Positions 31,927 through 41,966 of a DNA stretch of 64,000 nucleotides are shown in pieces; within the stretch, counting starts at the first letter, position 1; each line of letters starts with the position of its first letter. The translations under genes and the position numbers were made by a program. Source of the DNA: Thermodesulfobacteriota bacterium (GTDB lineage Bacteria > Desulfobacterota_D > UBA1144 > Nemesobacterales > JAJCZQ01). The notes beneath the pieces were generated by a model. The model ran no database searches, was not told where the DNA came from, and saw only the letters and a list, made by a program, of their open reading frames with translations. Where the stretch lies: contig CBDBDR010000017.1 of NCBI GenBank assembly GCA_965203965.1, forward strand, positions 832,001 to 896,000, written 5' to 3'.

Positions 31927-33399
31927 ATGGCAATCAATAAAAAATCTCCTATTAGTAAACCAACTCAATACGTTTCCAATACGGACAAGGATATATACAC
32001 TGTAAATAATATTCCTGAAGAGGTTATTGCGGTAATTTTTGCTTATGTAAGTAGGAGTCCGAAGAGTTTCAGAGATAACATAAGCACTGTAATTAAGGAA
32101 GAGCAATTAGGACAGGAAAGAGCAGAGAAATTTCATGAGAAATGGGTTTTGAATTATGGACATGCTTCAGTTGCAGAGCATGCTTCCGTGCATGTAGGAA
32201 TAGAAAATGTATCAAGATTGTTTTCCTCAATGCTTGAACTTTCAAATGAATATTTATCTTTTACAGAATATTCCCAAAGATACCAAACTCCCGCAAAAGG
32301 TGATTTCTATACACCCGTAGAATTGGACGATAATAAAACTCTAAAAAAGGAATTTCAAGATTTATCCTGTGATCTATACGATATATATGCCGAACTAAAT
32401 GATATTTTATTTGACTATTTGAAAAAAACATCCCCTACACCAGAAGGAAAAGATGAAAATTCACACCATTCTGCTCTAAAGAAACTTGCATTTGAAGATG
32501 CAAGATATGCACTTAATCTATCTACTCATACCAATTTAGGTATGACTGGCAATGCAAGAGCGGTTGAAAATGCCATTTCAGTGCTTTTATCAAGCGATTA
32601 TACAGAGGCTAAAAACAGAGCAGAGGAAATTAAGCAAGAAGTAAAATTTTCTATACCAACACTGATAAAATATGCAGATAAGAAGGATTACATTACCGAA
32701 ACTCGTAGGAATCTTCAGGATAGATTGAGTTTCTCTCATAATATTAAACCCGGAGCCCATCTCAGTAGTGTAAATCTATTTAACTGGACTGGTAAACCAT
32801 TTGATAATCCACAGAAGGTTGCATTAAAAGAAATTGTTAAAGCTATATTGTTTGAACATACAGTGTCAAGTTATAAGAGAATTTCTCGTAGTATAGAAGA
32901 TTCATGGACTATGGCAGATTTATTATCTTTATTTAAAAAGACTGTAAAACATCTTGGAAAACATGACGACCCTATGCAGGCGTTTAAACTTATAAACTAT
33001 GAGGCGGAATTTATCATCAGTGAAGCGTGCTGGCATCAACTTTTAAGACACAGAAAGGTTAATTGGATATACAAAGATCCTTCAATCTATAACGGTGTAA
33101 CTATACCACCTAATATTACAAATGCTGGTGCTAAAAATTTATTATATAGTGCAATATACAAAAGTGAAACAATGTATCATAAACTATTAAATGAAGGATT
33201 TGACAATGTTGCCCATTATGTTGTAACAAATGCCCATAACAGAAGAGTAATTGGAAAGTTTGATCTATGGGAACTTTATCATCTTATCAACCTAAGAATG
33301 TCAGAACAAGCCCAGTGGGATATAAAAAGTGTTATCGGAGAACTAGTTAAACAAGTTAAAGTACATCATCTCGATCTTGTAAAACCTGCGTTAGAATGA
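31927..33399 (+). CDS. thyX: FAD-dependent thymidylate synthase, tandem two-domain type
   Basis: YGHASVAEH, SFTEYSQRY, EDARY, NAR; second domain QLLRHR, ELYHLINLR, AQWDI. Confidence 0.88.
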   Translation: MAINKKSPISKPTQYVSNTDKDIYTVNNIPEEVIAVIFAYVSRSPKSFRDNISTVIKEEQLGQERAEKFHEKWVLNYGHASVAEHASVHVGIENVSRLFSSMLELSNEYLSFTEYSQRYQTPAKGDFYTPVELDDNKTLKKEFQDLSCDLYDIYAELNDILFDYLKKTSPTPEGKDENSHHSALKKLAFEDARYALNLSTHTNLGMTGNARAVENAISVLLSSDYTEAKNRAEEIKQEVKFSIPTLIKYADKKDYITETRRNLQDRLSFSHNIKPGAHLSSVNLFNWTGKPFDNPQKVALKEIVKAILFEHTVSSYKRISRSIEDSWTMADLLSLFKKTVKHLGKHDDPMQAFKLINYEAEFIISEACWHQLLRHRKVNWIYKDPSIYNGVTIPPNITNAGAKNLLYSAIYKSETMYHKLLNEGFDNVAHYVVTNAHNRRVIGKFDLWELYHLINLRMSEQAQWDIKSVIGELVKQVKVHHLDLVKPALE

Positions 33400-33420
33400 T
33401 TAAAAAGTTGAGGAAATAAA

Positions 33421-33606
33421 ATGAACCTAACAAAATGCGAAGAGTGTGGTTACGAAATTTCATTGAAGACGGACACCTGTCTTAACTGTGGTGTAAATCT
33501 GAAGAAGAACAAAAAAGGTGGTATAAGAAGTCTTTTAAGAAGAATAATAATTGTAATTATAGTAATCCAAATCCTGATTACCGTGCTGAAGAAGGCTTTT
33601 AAGTAG
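33421..33606 (+). CDS. Small zinc-ribbon membrane protein
   Basis: CEECG..IS....CLNCG plus a C-terminal hydrophobic helix; GAGG RBS. Confidence 0.7.
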   Translation: MNLTKCEECGYEISLKTDTCLNCGVNLKKNKKGGIRSLLRRIIIVIIVIQILITVLKKAFK

Positions 33607-33611
33607 TTCCT

Positions 33612-34109
33612 ATGACAAAATCAAACCATCTGGAACTGATCAAACAGGGGGTACCTCTGTGGAACCAATGGAGAGAATCCAACCCGGAAGAATTACCCAA
33701 TCTGGTTTGGGCGAACCTAATAGGACTTGATCTAAGCTCTGCAAATTTTGAAGGTGCAAACTTGAAACTGGCTTATTTAAAAAACACCAATCTGGAAGGT
33801 GGGATATTTATTAATGCAAATCTTTATGGGTCTAATTTTGAAAATTCAAACATGGAAAATGTGAATATGAAAAACGCCAATCTGGAAGGGGCTCATTTAA
33901 TAGGTTCTAATCTTAAAAATGCGAACTTGAGAGGTTGCAATTTCAAACTTGCCAATTTGGATGGAGCCAATCTACAAGATGCAAACCTGTACGGTGCTAA
34001 AAAACTCAACATAAAGCAACTTTCAAATGTTAAATCTCTTAAAAATACCAAGTTGGACCCTACGCACGTAAATGAATTAAAAAAATCCTTTCCAGAACTG
34101 CTTTTGTAA
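33612..34109 (+). CDS. Pentapeptide repeat protein
   Basis: GV..WNQWR N-cap followed by repeated A-N-L-x-x pentapeptides. Confidence 0.92.
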   Translation: MTKSNHLELIKQGVPLWNQWRESNPEELPNLVWANLIGLDLSSANFEGANLKLAYLKNTNLEGGIFINANLYGSNFENSNMENVNMKNANLEGAHLIGSNLKNANLRGCNFKLANLDGANLQDANLYGAKKLNIKQLSNVKSLKNTKLDPTHVNELKKSFPELLL

Positions 34110-34111
34110 AA

Positions 34112-35281
34112 ATGAACAAATTTCCTTCATTTAAAGATCTTATAAAAGGCAATATTCTGAAAGTCTCCGAGATAAACTCACAGATCCGGGGGATTATTGA
34201 GAAAGAATTTAAAAGCCACTACCTGTGGGTCGAAGGAGAAATATCAAACTTCAAAGGAAACTACACCAGTGGTCATTGGTATTTTTCACTGAAAGACAAA
34301 AAAAGCCTGATCTCCGCAATCTGTTTTAAGAGGGAGAACCAGTATTTTAAATTCACTCCCAAGGAAGGACAGGAAGTAATATGCTGCGGACAAATTAACA
34401 TTTATGAAAAACAAGGAACCTATCAGTTAAATGTTACCTATATTGAACCAAAAGGTATTGGATCACAACAACTTGCCCTTGAACAACTGAAAGAAAAACT
34501 GAAGACGGAAGGACTTTTTGACAGTGAGCGCAAACGACAGTTGCCATTTTTGAGCAGGAAAGTCGGTGTTGTAACTTCACCAACCGGTGCGGCAATAAGA
34601 GATATAATAAAAGTAACTGGGCGCAGGTTTATCAACACGGAGATACTTATTTCACCTGCAAGGGTTCAGGGAGAAAACGCACCTTCGGAAATAGTAAAAG
34701 CGTTGGAGTTGCTATACAAGGTAAACGATATAGATCTGATTATAGTTGCACGTGGAGGTGGCTCATCAGAAGACCTGTGGGTATTTAACGAGGAGTCAGT
34801 TGCAAGAACCATCAGTATATCTCCCGTTCCCACTATATCAGCAGTAGGACATGAAACAGATATAACGATTGCAGATTTAGTCGCTGATATAAGGGCAGCT
34901 ACTCCATCCGTGGCGGCAGAAATTGCCCTAAAAGATAAAAACGAGCTTTTATATGAATTGAAAACCCTGGGAAAAAGAATTAATAATTCTATGAAAAATC
35001 GTCTGGAAGTCTTGATGGGGGATTTAGAACATATTAAAAGTAGAATTAATTGGAACATTAAATTTAACTACAATCAGAAACTATCACAACTTAATTTGCT
35101 GTCCGCAACTCTGGATAGCATAAGTCCACTAAAAGTGTTGAAAAGAGGCTACAGCATTGTATATAATGAGAACAAAAAATATGCTATAAAAAATTCAGAA
35201 GATATAAAAATAGGAGACAAAATTATAATCAGGTTTCATAAAGGACAGGCAAATTGCACAGTAGATAAAACTACTGGCTGA
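34112..35281 (+). CDS. xseA: Exodeoxyribonuclease VII large subunit
   Basis: WVEGEISN, GHWYFSLKD, TSPTGAAIRD, RGGGS.EDL, GHETD, SPLKVLKRGYS. Confidence 0.96.
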   Translation: MNKFPSFKDLIKGNILKVSEINSQIRGIIEKEFKSHYLWVEGEISNFKGNYTSGHWYFSLKDKKSLISAICFKRENQYFKFTPKEGQEVICCGQINIYEKQGTYQLNVTYIEPKGIGSQQLALEQLKEKLKTEGLFDSERKRQLPFLSRKVGVVTSPTGAAIRDIIKVTGRRFINTEILISPARVQGENAPSEIVKALELLYKVNDIDLIIVARGGGSSEDLWVFNEESVARTISISPVPTISAVGHETDITIADLVADIRAATPSVAAEIALKDKNELLYELKTLGKRINNSMKNRLEVLMGDLEHIKSRINWNIKFNYNQKLSQLNLLSATLDSISPLKVLKRGYSIVYNENKKYAIKNSEDIKIGDKIIIRFHKGQANCTVDKTTG

Positions 35282-36275
35282 ATACAGTGAGTTCTGGCAA
35301 GTCAATAACTGAAATACCATCCCTGATCAAACTGCTTTTTATTTTATATTCCGGATCCCTATCAGTAAATAAATACTTGAGTCTTCCACCAAAGAATTCT
35401 TTTAATGAAACCGTCCCGTTTTGTTCACTAAAGCACTTTACCGCCCATTCTATACCTTCACTCGAGAGAAACAGAACCGTCGGCATAACTTCCAACACAT
35501 CGTTTAAAAAATCCATCTTATTTTCGGCAATTGCTCCTCTGTTTCCTATGAAAATTGGCAAAAAATTAGCAAGCTCTGAAAAAGAACCCTGTGATGCAAG
35601 GTAGGAAAAAGACGAATCTTCCGGAGTTACAAATCTCAACTCTTTACAAGATAGGCGTAGAAGATTCAAAAGAAGCTTCTGAGTTATAATTTTACTTTCC
35701 ATCTTTTCATTATTAAAACTGTAGAAATTTATAGCAGGAGTGTCTGGGTTAACAGATATGAAAACCTCTGTTAATTCATCTTTGAGCTTTCTTGCCTTCA
35801 AAAATCCGAATTTCACGACAGATTTGTAATCTACGATTTTATCATGCAATCCCGGACTGTTTTTAGAAAACAAGAATATCTTTTCAATGGCTTTATTTGA
35901 TTCCAATACCTCTTTGAATCTGCTCAATACATCTTCATTACTGACAAAAACAAAGTTAATTTTTTCCTTATTCAGTATTTCACCAATATTCTCTACCTGA
36001 ACAATGGAAGGTGCAGAAACCGAACAGCATCCCAGTAAAAACAGCGATGACTCTACAAATAAACGCTCAAGTGTATTTGGAGAAATTATCAAAACCCTAC
36101 TCTCCTTGGTAAATCCACAATCTAGCATGAAAGCGGCAATACTATTGACCTGCGTATTAAAATCAAGCCATGTTATCTGTTTCCAACTCCACCCGTCACG
36201 CTTTTGAAAAAGCAGCCTAGACTTATTTGCCTTGACTCTATCTTGAAAAAAATCATAAAACCTTGTTTCAGTCAT
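35271..36275 (-). CDS. Truncated, degenerate AMP-binding (long-chain acyl-CoA synthetase-like) protein
   Basis: WKQITW, SFSYL, VMPTV, FFGGRLKY; start placed at ATG 36275 (GGAG RBS) to avoid overlap with the cca gene. Confidence 0.7.
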   Translation of the reverse strand: MTETRFYDFFQDRVKANKSRLLFQKRDGWSWKQITWLDFNTQVNSIAAFMLDCGFTKESRVLIISPNTLERLFVESSLFLLGCCSVSAPSIVQVENIGEILNKEKINFVFVSNEDVLSRFKEVLESNKAIEKIFLFSKNSPGLHDKIVDYKSVVKFGFLKARKLKDELTEVFISVNPDTPAINFYSFNNEKMESKIITQKLLLNLLRLSCKELRFVTPEDSSFSYLASQGSFSELANFLPIFIGNRGAIAENKMDFLNDVLEVMPTVLFLSSEGIEWAVKCFSEQNGTVSLKEFFGGRLKYLFTDRDPEYKIKSSLIRDGISVIDLPELTVFSQ

Positions 36276-36329
36276 AAAATCTCCATAATTAATAGTAAGG
36301 GATGATTCAGTTAATATACTACACAAGTA

Positions 36330-37697
36330 ATGTTTGAACAGGTCACAGTTAGCAGGAATTTTGAGCAATTTCAAGGAAGAGCATATAACTCAGCAAAGTC
36401 CATCGTCAAAAAGCTCCATGATAATGGGCATAAGGCATTTTTCGTTGGAGGATGTGTCCGCGATGCCTTGCTCAACTCGCAACCAGCAGAGTATGATATT
36501 ACCACAAGTGCCAGCCCGAAAGTGATACAAAATCTGTTCAAAAGAAATGTCCCAATTGGCGAAAAATTTGGCGTCATACTTGTATTGCTCAATGGTTTTC
36601 AGTTTGAGGTTGCTACTTTTAGAGAAGAGAGTAAATACGAGGATGGCCGACATCCTTCAATCGTGAGCTATAGTAACAGCGAGAAAGATGACGTTTTGAG
36701 AAGGGATTTTACAGTCAATGGAATGCTTTACGACCCGCTGGAGAATAAACTCCTTGACTACGTTGAGGGCGAAAAAGACCTGCTGAAGCAAACTATCAGA
36801 ACAATTGGCAATCCTTGTGTGAGATTTGATGAAGACAAACTCAGGATGATAAGAGCCGTTAGGTTTGCTTCAAGATTCTCATTCGAAATAGAAAAAAATA
36901 CCTTCAATACTATCAATGAACTGAGCAGTCAAATAAACGAGGTGAGCAGCGAGAGAATAAGGGATGAAATCTTAAAGATAATAACTCAGCAAAACCCTGG
37001 AAATGGGATTAGACTTCTTAATAAAGCAAAGTTACTGGAGCAGGTATTACCCGAGGTGTCCAATATGGCAGGTGTGGAGCAACCTCCGGAATTTCATCCT
37101 GAGGGAGATGTATTTATACATACCTGCATTGTACTGGACAAATTGTATGAAATAACGGAAGGCAACTACGCACCCGATACAGCGATGGGAGCATTGTTGC
37201 ACGACATCGGAAAACCTGCGACTTTTGAAATATCAGACAGAATCCGATTTAACGGACATGACAGAGTGGGGGCATTCATGGCAAAGAAAATTTGCAGGAA
37301 ACTGAGATTTTCCAAAAAACAAACTAACCATATTACTTCACTGATCAGAGAGCACTTAAAATTCAAAGATGTTCCCAATATGAGAGAAAGCACGTTAAAA
37401 AAATTCCTTTCTATTCCACGTTTTGATGATCACCTGACAATGCATCTTGCAGACTGCCTTGGAAGTCATGGGATAAGAGAAATATATGACTTTATAAAGA
37501 ACAAGATGGAAACCATACCAGAAGAAGAAATAAAACCACCTCCTCTTTTGAATGGTAAAGACTTGATCAGACTCGGATTGAAACCCGGACCTTTGTTTGC
37601 AAAAATCTTAAATAAAATTGAAGAGCATCAACTTGAAGGCATGCTGAAAAACAAGGATGAAGCTATGGAATTTGTCAGGAACAACTTCAACGCTTGA
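36330..37697 (+). CDS. cca: tRNA nucleotidyltransferase (CCA/A-adding class II) with HD domain
   Basis: VGGCVRD, EVATFR, RRDFTVN, EDKLR..RAVRF, HPEGDVFIHT, LLHDIGK. Confidence 0.92.
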   Translation: MFEQVTVSRNFEQFQGRAYNSAKSIVKKLHDNGHKAFFVGGCVRDALLNSQPAEYDITTSASPKVIQNLFKRNVPIGEKFGVILVLLNGFQFEVATFREESKYEDGRHPSIVSYSNSEKDDVLRRDFTVNGMLYDPLENKLLDYVEGEKDLLKQTIRTIGNPCVRFDEDKLRMIRAVRFASRFSFEIEKNTFNTINELSSQINEVSSERIRDEILKIITQQNPGNGIRLLNKAKLLEQVLPEVSNMAGVEQPPEFHPEGDVFIHTCIVLDKLYEITEGNYAPDTAMGALLHDIGKPATFEISDRIRFNGHDRVGAFMAKKICRKLRFSKKQTNHITSLIREHLKFKDVPNMRESTLKKFLSIPRFDDHLTMHLADCLGSHGIREIYDFIKNKMETIPEEEIKPPPLLNGKDLIRLGLKPGPLFAKILNKIEEHQLEGMLKNKDEAMEFVRNNFNA

Positions 37698-38112
37698 ATA
37701 TATCCGAACTGAAATCCGGTTTAACAAACCAGCTTTTCCCCTTTTTTATCCAGACATCATTAACCTCTGCCGTTTTCTCAGAAACAGATGGATACCTGTA
37801 ATATACAACTAAGACCCTCACCCTGGTTGGTTGTTCTGGATCGGACTCATCAATATCTACAGCCTCTTTTATTTCATAGTTGGTTATGTTAAGACTGTCC
37901 TTAATATCAGTGGTAATCTCGTCAAAGACAGCCACTTGTTCATGATGAACAAAATTGATGGCTTTTTCATAATACCTCCACCGCATATACTTGTAATAAT
38001 CTTTAACGACAGATGGAAGTTGGTTTTGTTCGTCTTTGAAAATTGACTTTCCACAAGCGGGTAGAAATAAAATAGTCAGTAGTAATAAAATACTTAAAAT
38101 GACACGAGGCAT
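37687..38112 (-). CDS. Putative lipoprotein
   Basis: Lipobox LPA-C; Y...MRW..Y and W....WFV pattern; function unknown. Confidence 0.7.
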   Translation of the reverse strand: MPRVILSILLLLTILFLPACGKSIFKDEQNQLPSVVKDYYKYMRWRYYEKAINFVHHEQVAVFDEITTDIKDSLNITNYEIKEAVDIDESDPEQPTRVRVLVVYYRYPSVSEKTAEVNDVWIKKGKSWFVKPDFSSDIFKR

Positions 38113-38123
38113 TATAATCAAAT

Positions 38124-38149
38124 ACGGGGGGGACCTTTATGCCCCCCGT
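38124..38149 (-). terminator. GC-rich hairpin after atpE
   Basis: ACGGGGGG/CCCCCCGT stem; U-tail is weak. Confidence 0.5.
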
Positions 38150-38159
38150 GTGCTAGTTA

Positions 38160-38483
38160 TTAAATCTTTGCCTGCAACAAAAATGCAATGAGCAAAGCGT
38201 ATATTACAAGAGATTCTATAAGTGCAAGACCAATGATCATAGGGGTCTGAATTGCAGATGCAGCATTGGGATTTCTTGCAATTCCAGTGAGCGCTGCTGC
38301 TGTAGCACGTCCTTGCCCTACTGCTGCAACACCTGCTGCAACACCAATTCCAATTCCTGCACCAATCCCTATGCCCATCTTCGCCAAATCACCTATCCCC
38401 TCACTTGCTGCATAAACTTCCGGAACAAATGCCCCAAAGGTGGCTGCTACAATTAAAGCTAATAGTGAAAATAACCTCTTCAT
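38160..38483 (-). CDS. atpE: ATP synthase F0 subunit c with N-terminal extension
   Basis: GxGxGx[29 protein letters not shown] (alternative TTG start at 38486). Confidence 0.96.
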   Translation of the reverse strand: MKRLFSLLALIVAATFGAFVPEVYAASEGIGDLAKMGIGIGAGIGIGVAAGVAAVGQGRATAAALTGIARNPNAASAIQTPMIIGLALIESLVIYALLIAFLLQAKI

Positions 38484-38530
38484 CAAAAACTCCTCCTGTG
38501 TATTGTGTGTTTATATTTTTTCTTCTTACT

Positions 38531-39220
38531 TTAATGTTCATGTCCCTCTGCCAGAGCAATATAAATAGCCGACAAAATGGTAAAAATAAACGCTTGTAAA
38601 AAAGAGACGAATATACCAAGCCCAACAAAAACTGCAGGTAATAAGAAATGCGTCAGATTTGTAAATACCCCAAGAACCATATGGTCACCCGTAATGTTCA
38701 TAAAAAGCCTTAGTGACAAAGATACAGGCCTCACAAGGTGACTTATCAACTCAATTATTATCATCAGCGGAGCAAGAAACAATACGGGTCCTGCAAAGTG
38801 CTTTAAGTAAGATATGCCGTGCTCTTTAAACCCATAGTAGTTATACATAACAAAAATAATAGCCCCAAGAGCAAGAGTTGTGTTCAAAGACCCGGTGGCA
38901 GGTAAAAACCCTGGAACAATTCCAAGTAGGTTCAAAAAAAGGATAAAAATAAATGAACCACAAAGAAGCGGAAAATATTTTTTTGCTTTCTCACTCGAAC
39001 CAAAAATATTTTCAAAAATACCAAATAAGAAATCCAGACAGATAACCTGAAAGAAATTATTAAGGGATACTTTTGAATCCGGAACCACTGCAGAATCTTC
39101 AGAAACCATTCCTCTTAAAGCTATGCCGACAACAACAAGTAATAGCAGTACAAGAACAGCACCAAGTATATGGTCGTGCTCTATCATACCTACAAAGGTA
39201 AACCAGCTAAAATGCTCCAT
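38531..39220 (-). CDS. atpB: ATP synthase F0 subunit a
   Basis: NLLGIVPG, RPVSLSLRLFMN, LQAFIFTILS. Confidence 0.96.
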   Translation of the reverse strand: MEHFSWFTFVGMIEHDHILGAVLVLLLLVVVGIALRGMVSEDSAVVPDSKVSLNNFFQVICLDFLFGIFENIFGSSEKAKKYFPLLCGSFIFILFLNLLGIVPGFLPATGSLNTTLALGAIIFVMYNYYGFKEHGISYLKHFAGPVLFLAPLMIIIELISHLVRPVSLSLRLFMNITGDHMVLGVFTNLTHFLLPAVFVGLGIFVSFLQAFIFTILSAIYIALAEGHEH

Positions 39221-39584
39221 TAACTCCTTTTAATCCTCTTCCAATAATAACAAATACAACTGCGGTCAGGGCTATAATAAAACCATAAATATTTAATTTT
39301 GCAAACACCAACAAAGCCAATAAGATCCCAAGCAGTATTAAAAGTTTTAACACGAATAAAAAAACGATGAATTTGCCTGAATATCTCTTGGTAACTGTGG
39401 AATTCACAATAAATTTTATCATTACAAAATCAATCAGAAACAGCAATCCCCCCAACCCTACAGCGATTGCAACCTGCTTTTGCTGAAATAACAGATTGCC
39501 TACTACAAAAAGTAGAATAACAACTGCAATTGCTTTTTCCGTTCCACCAAAAATTACAAACTCTGAGTTATTATTTTCTGCCAT
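39207..39584 (-). CDS. atpI: ATP synthase protein I
   Basis: Four hydrophobic helices directly upstream of atpB. Confidence 0.75.
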   Translation of the reverse strand: MAENNNSEFVIFGGTEKAIAVVILLFVVGNLLFQQKQVAIAVGLGGLLFLIDFVMIKFIVNSTVTKRYSGKFIVFLFVLKLLILLGILLALLVFAKLNIYGFIIALTAVVFVIIGRGLKGVNGAF

Positions 39585-39789
39585 CTTTATTTTTAACCCT
39601 CAACACCCTTATCAGCAGAGTAATTGCTGAAAATACACCAAGAATTAATCCTATTAAGGTAAAGTATGGTTCTTCATTATCAAATTTACTGTCCAAGTAT
39701 CTACCCAGCAATAATCCGGCGGCAACTGAAAATCCAAAATTACTTCCAACGGCAATAAAGTAAATCCACTTTTGCTCTTTCTTGGGCAT
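39571..39789 (-). CDS. AtpZ/AtpI family protein
   Basis: G..LGRYLD.KF..EPYFTLIGLILG pattern; start placed at MPKK. Confidence 0.85.
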   Translation of the reverse strand: MPKKEQKWIYFIAVGSNFGFSVAAGLLLGRYLDSKFDNEEPYFTLIGLILGVFSAITLLIRVLRVKNKDGRK

Positions 39790-39793
39790 TGAC

Positions 39794-41077
39794 CTACAAA
39801 TTTCCAAGCGCTTTTTTTATTACCCGCAGAGTTTTTTCCACATCATAATCAGAATGAGATGATGATACGAATGCAGTCTCAAACTGGGAAGGGGGAAACA
39901 TAACACCGTTACTTAAAAGCATCCTGAAAAATTTGGCAAATCTACTTGTATCAGATTTTGTCGCACTTTTGTAGTCTGTAACTTCATCTGATCCGAAGAA
40001 AATTGTGAACATGGAACCAAGACAATTCACTGATGCACAAACTCCATATTTTTTTATGAAAGTTTTTATTTCTTTTACCATTTTTTCCGATTTGTTATTT
40101 ATATCGGCAAAAAAATTCTTTTTCATAATTTTATTAAGACTTGCTATACCGGCTGCCATCGCAACAGGGTTGCCGGAAAGCGTGCCCGCTTGATAAACAG
40201 AACCTTCTGGGGAAATATGGCTCATTATCTTTCTGCTTGCCCCGTAGGCTCCAACTGGCAAGCCACCACCTATGATCTTACCAAGACAAGTGATATCAGG
40301 CTTTACACCGAAAATCTTCTGAGCTCCACCCAATCCAAGCCTGAAACCGGTAATAACCTCATCAAAGATAAGGAGCGAGTCGTATTGCTTCGTTATGGAT
40401 CTCAGCCTTTTTAAAAAACCTTTAACAGGAGGAACAACACCCATGTTGCCGGCAACCGGCTCTATAATGACACCTGCGATCTTATTACCGTATTTCTCGT
40501 ACAGCTTTTCTACGGAATAAATATCGTTATACCGTGCAATCAACGTTTTGGAGGTAAAAGATCTTGGCACTCCCGGGCTGCTTGGGTAACCAAAGGTAGC
40601 GGCACCTGATCCCGCTTTTACAAGAAGGTGGTCAGCATGTCCATGGTAGCATCCTTCAAACTTGATAATGTGGTCTTTTCCCGTATATGCTCTTGCCAAC
40701 CTTATGGCGCTCATTGTTGACTCAGTACCTGAACTTGTCATTCGCACCTTTTCAATTGACGGCACACAATCAACCAAAATCTTCGACAGCAATATTTCAT
40801 ACTCACATGGCGCCCCGTAGCTAGTCCCAAACTCAGATGCTTTCTTTATAGCATTTAACACATCTTTATCTGCATGTCCAAGTATCAACGGCCCCCATGA
40901 TCCTAAATAATCAATGTATTTATTACCATCAACATCAAATATCTTTGAGCCTTTTGCTCTTGAAATGAAAATCGGACCTCCACCTACTGCATTGAACGAT
41001 CTTACCGGGCTGTTCACTCCACCAACAAGGTATTTTTGGGCTTTGTGGAATAACTTATCAGATCTTTTACGGGACAT
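39794..41077 (-). CDS. hemL: Glutamate-1-semialdehyde 2,1-aminomutase
   Basis: GGVNSPVR, SGTE, FEGCYHGH, FDEVITGFR, GKIIGGGLP, YQAGTLSGNP. Confidence 0.98.
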   Translation of the reverse strand: MSRKRSDKLFHKAQKYLVGGVNSPVRSFNAVGGGPIFISRAKGSKIFDVDGNKYIDYLGSWGPLILGHADKDVLNAIKKASEFGTSYGAPCEYEILLSKILVDCVPSIEKVRMTSSGTESTMSAIRLARAYTGKDHIIKFEGCYHGHADHLLVKAGSGAATFGYPSSPGVPRSFTSKTLIARYNDIYSVEKLYEKYGNKIAGVIIEPVAGNMGVVPPVKGFLKRLRSITKQYDSLLIFDEVITGFRLGLGGAQKIFGVKPDITCLGKIIGGGLPVGAYGASRKIMSHISPEGSVYQAGTLSGNPVAMAAGIASLNKIMKKNFFADINNKSEKMVKEIKTFIKKYGVCASVNCLGSMFTIFFGSDEVTDYKSATKSDTSRFAKFFRMLLSNGVMFPPSQFETAFVSSSHSDYDVEKTLRVIKKALGNL

Positions 41078-41180
41078 ATCTTTTTTAGTTTCTTCGGTTT
41101 CAGCACACGGGTCAACAACCTCTCTTTTGCTAACCTGAACTGAAATTCAGAAATAGAAATACAGAGATACAAATACCCAA

Positions 41181-41957
41181 TTACAATTTAAACTCGGACA
41201 TTAGCTTTTTAGCTTCATTTGCCTCTGATGATTCTGGATATTTATCAATGAGAATCTGCAAAAACAGCCTTGCTTCTTCTTCTTTATTTAACTTTATTAA
41301 ACTCAGAGGCTGCTTCAAATATGCTAAAGGAACACGTGGGTCATCTTTGTATCCGTCAATGAAATTTTGATACTCAAGTATTGCCTCTTCATAAAACCCT
41401 TCATTGTAATAGGAATCAGCTATCAAGAAAGCTGCGTCAGGTTTTTTAGATGAATTCGGGTATTGTCGCAGGAAACTACGGAATTTTTGTCTGGCATTGG
41501 CATAGTTGCCTAAGGCAACATCTTTGTCGGCAGCTTCAAACAGTGCTTCTTCTAATTCTTGTTTTGTGGGCTGCTCGCTTTGCTCTTGCACATCCTTATC
41601 AATTTCGGGGAGATTCAATGCGGGAAGACTCAATGGTGGAACGGGGACAACATCTTTATCTGAAACATCGTTTTTGATGTTATCCGCTTGTTTTTCAAAC
41701 AACAACACCCTTCGTTCAAGATCATAAACTTTTATTTCCAGCTGAAAAAGCTGGTTTGATAAATCTACACCTCTATCTACATCTCTATTGAGATCACTCT
41801 CTCCACTTCCCGGACGTTGCTGCTTTAACAGTTTATCAACTTTCCTTTCAAGCCTACTTTGCCTTGCGTATATACCACCCACGTCATCTTGTGTTACCAC
41901 ACAAGATGCAGTAAATAACACCACCACGGCAACAATTGATATTAACAAAAACTTCAC
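41181..41957 (-). CDS. cpoB: Tol-Pal system TPR protein CpoB/YbgF
   Basis: Lipoprotein signal, coiled coil, C-terminal TPRs (YPNS, YPES); directly downstream of pal. Confidence 0.85.
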   Translation of the reverse strand: MKFLLISIVAVVVLFTASCVVTQDDVGGIYARQSRLERKVDKLLKQQRPGSGESDLNRDVDRGVDLSNQLFQLEIKVYDLERRVLLFEKQADNIKNDVSDKDVVPVPPLSLPALNLPEIDKDVQEQSEQPTKQELEEALFEAADKDVALGNYANARQKFRSFLRQYPNSSKKPDAAFLIADSYYNEGFYEEAILEYQNFIDGYKDDPRVPLAYLKQPLSLIKLNKEEEARLFLQILIDKYPESSEANEAKKLMSEFKL

Positions 41958-41966
41958 TTCTACGAT

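Noticed and set aside
31150..34109. Sir2-based anti-phage system (Thoeris/DSR-like)
   Set aside because: The protein is CobB-type with a zinc domain, not a defence SIR2 fusion; no TIR, HerA or pAgo partner
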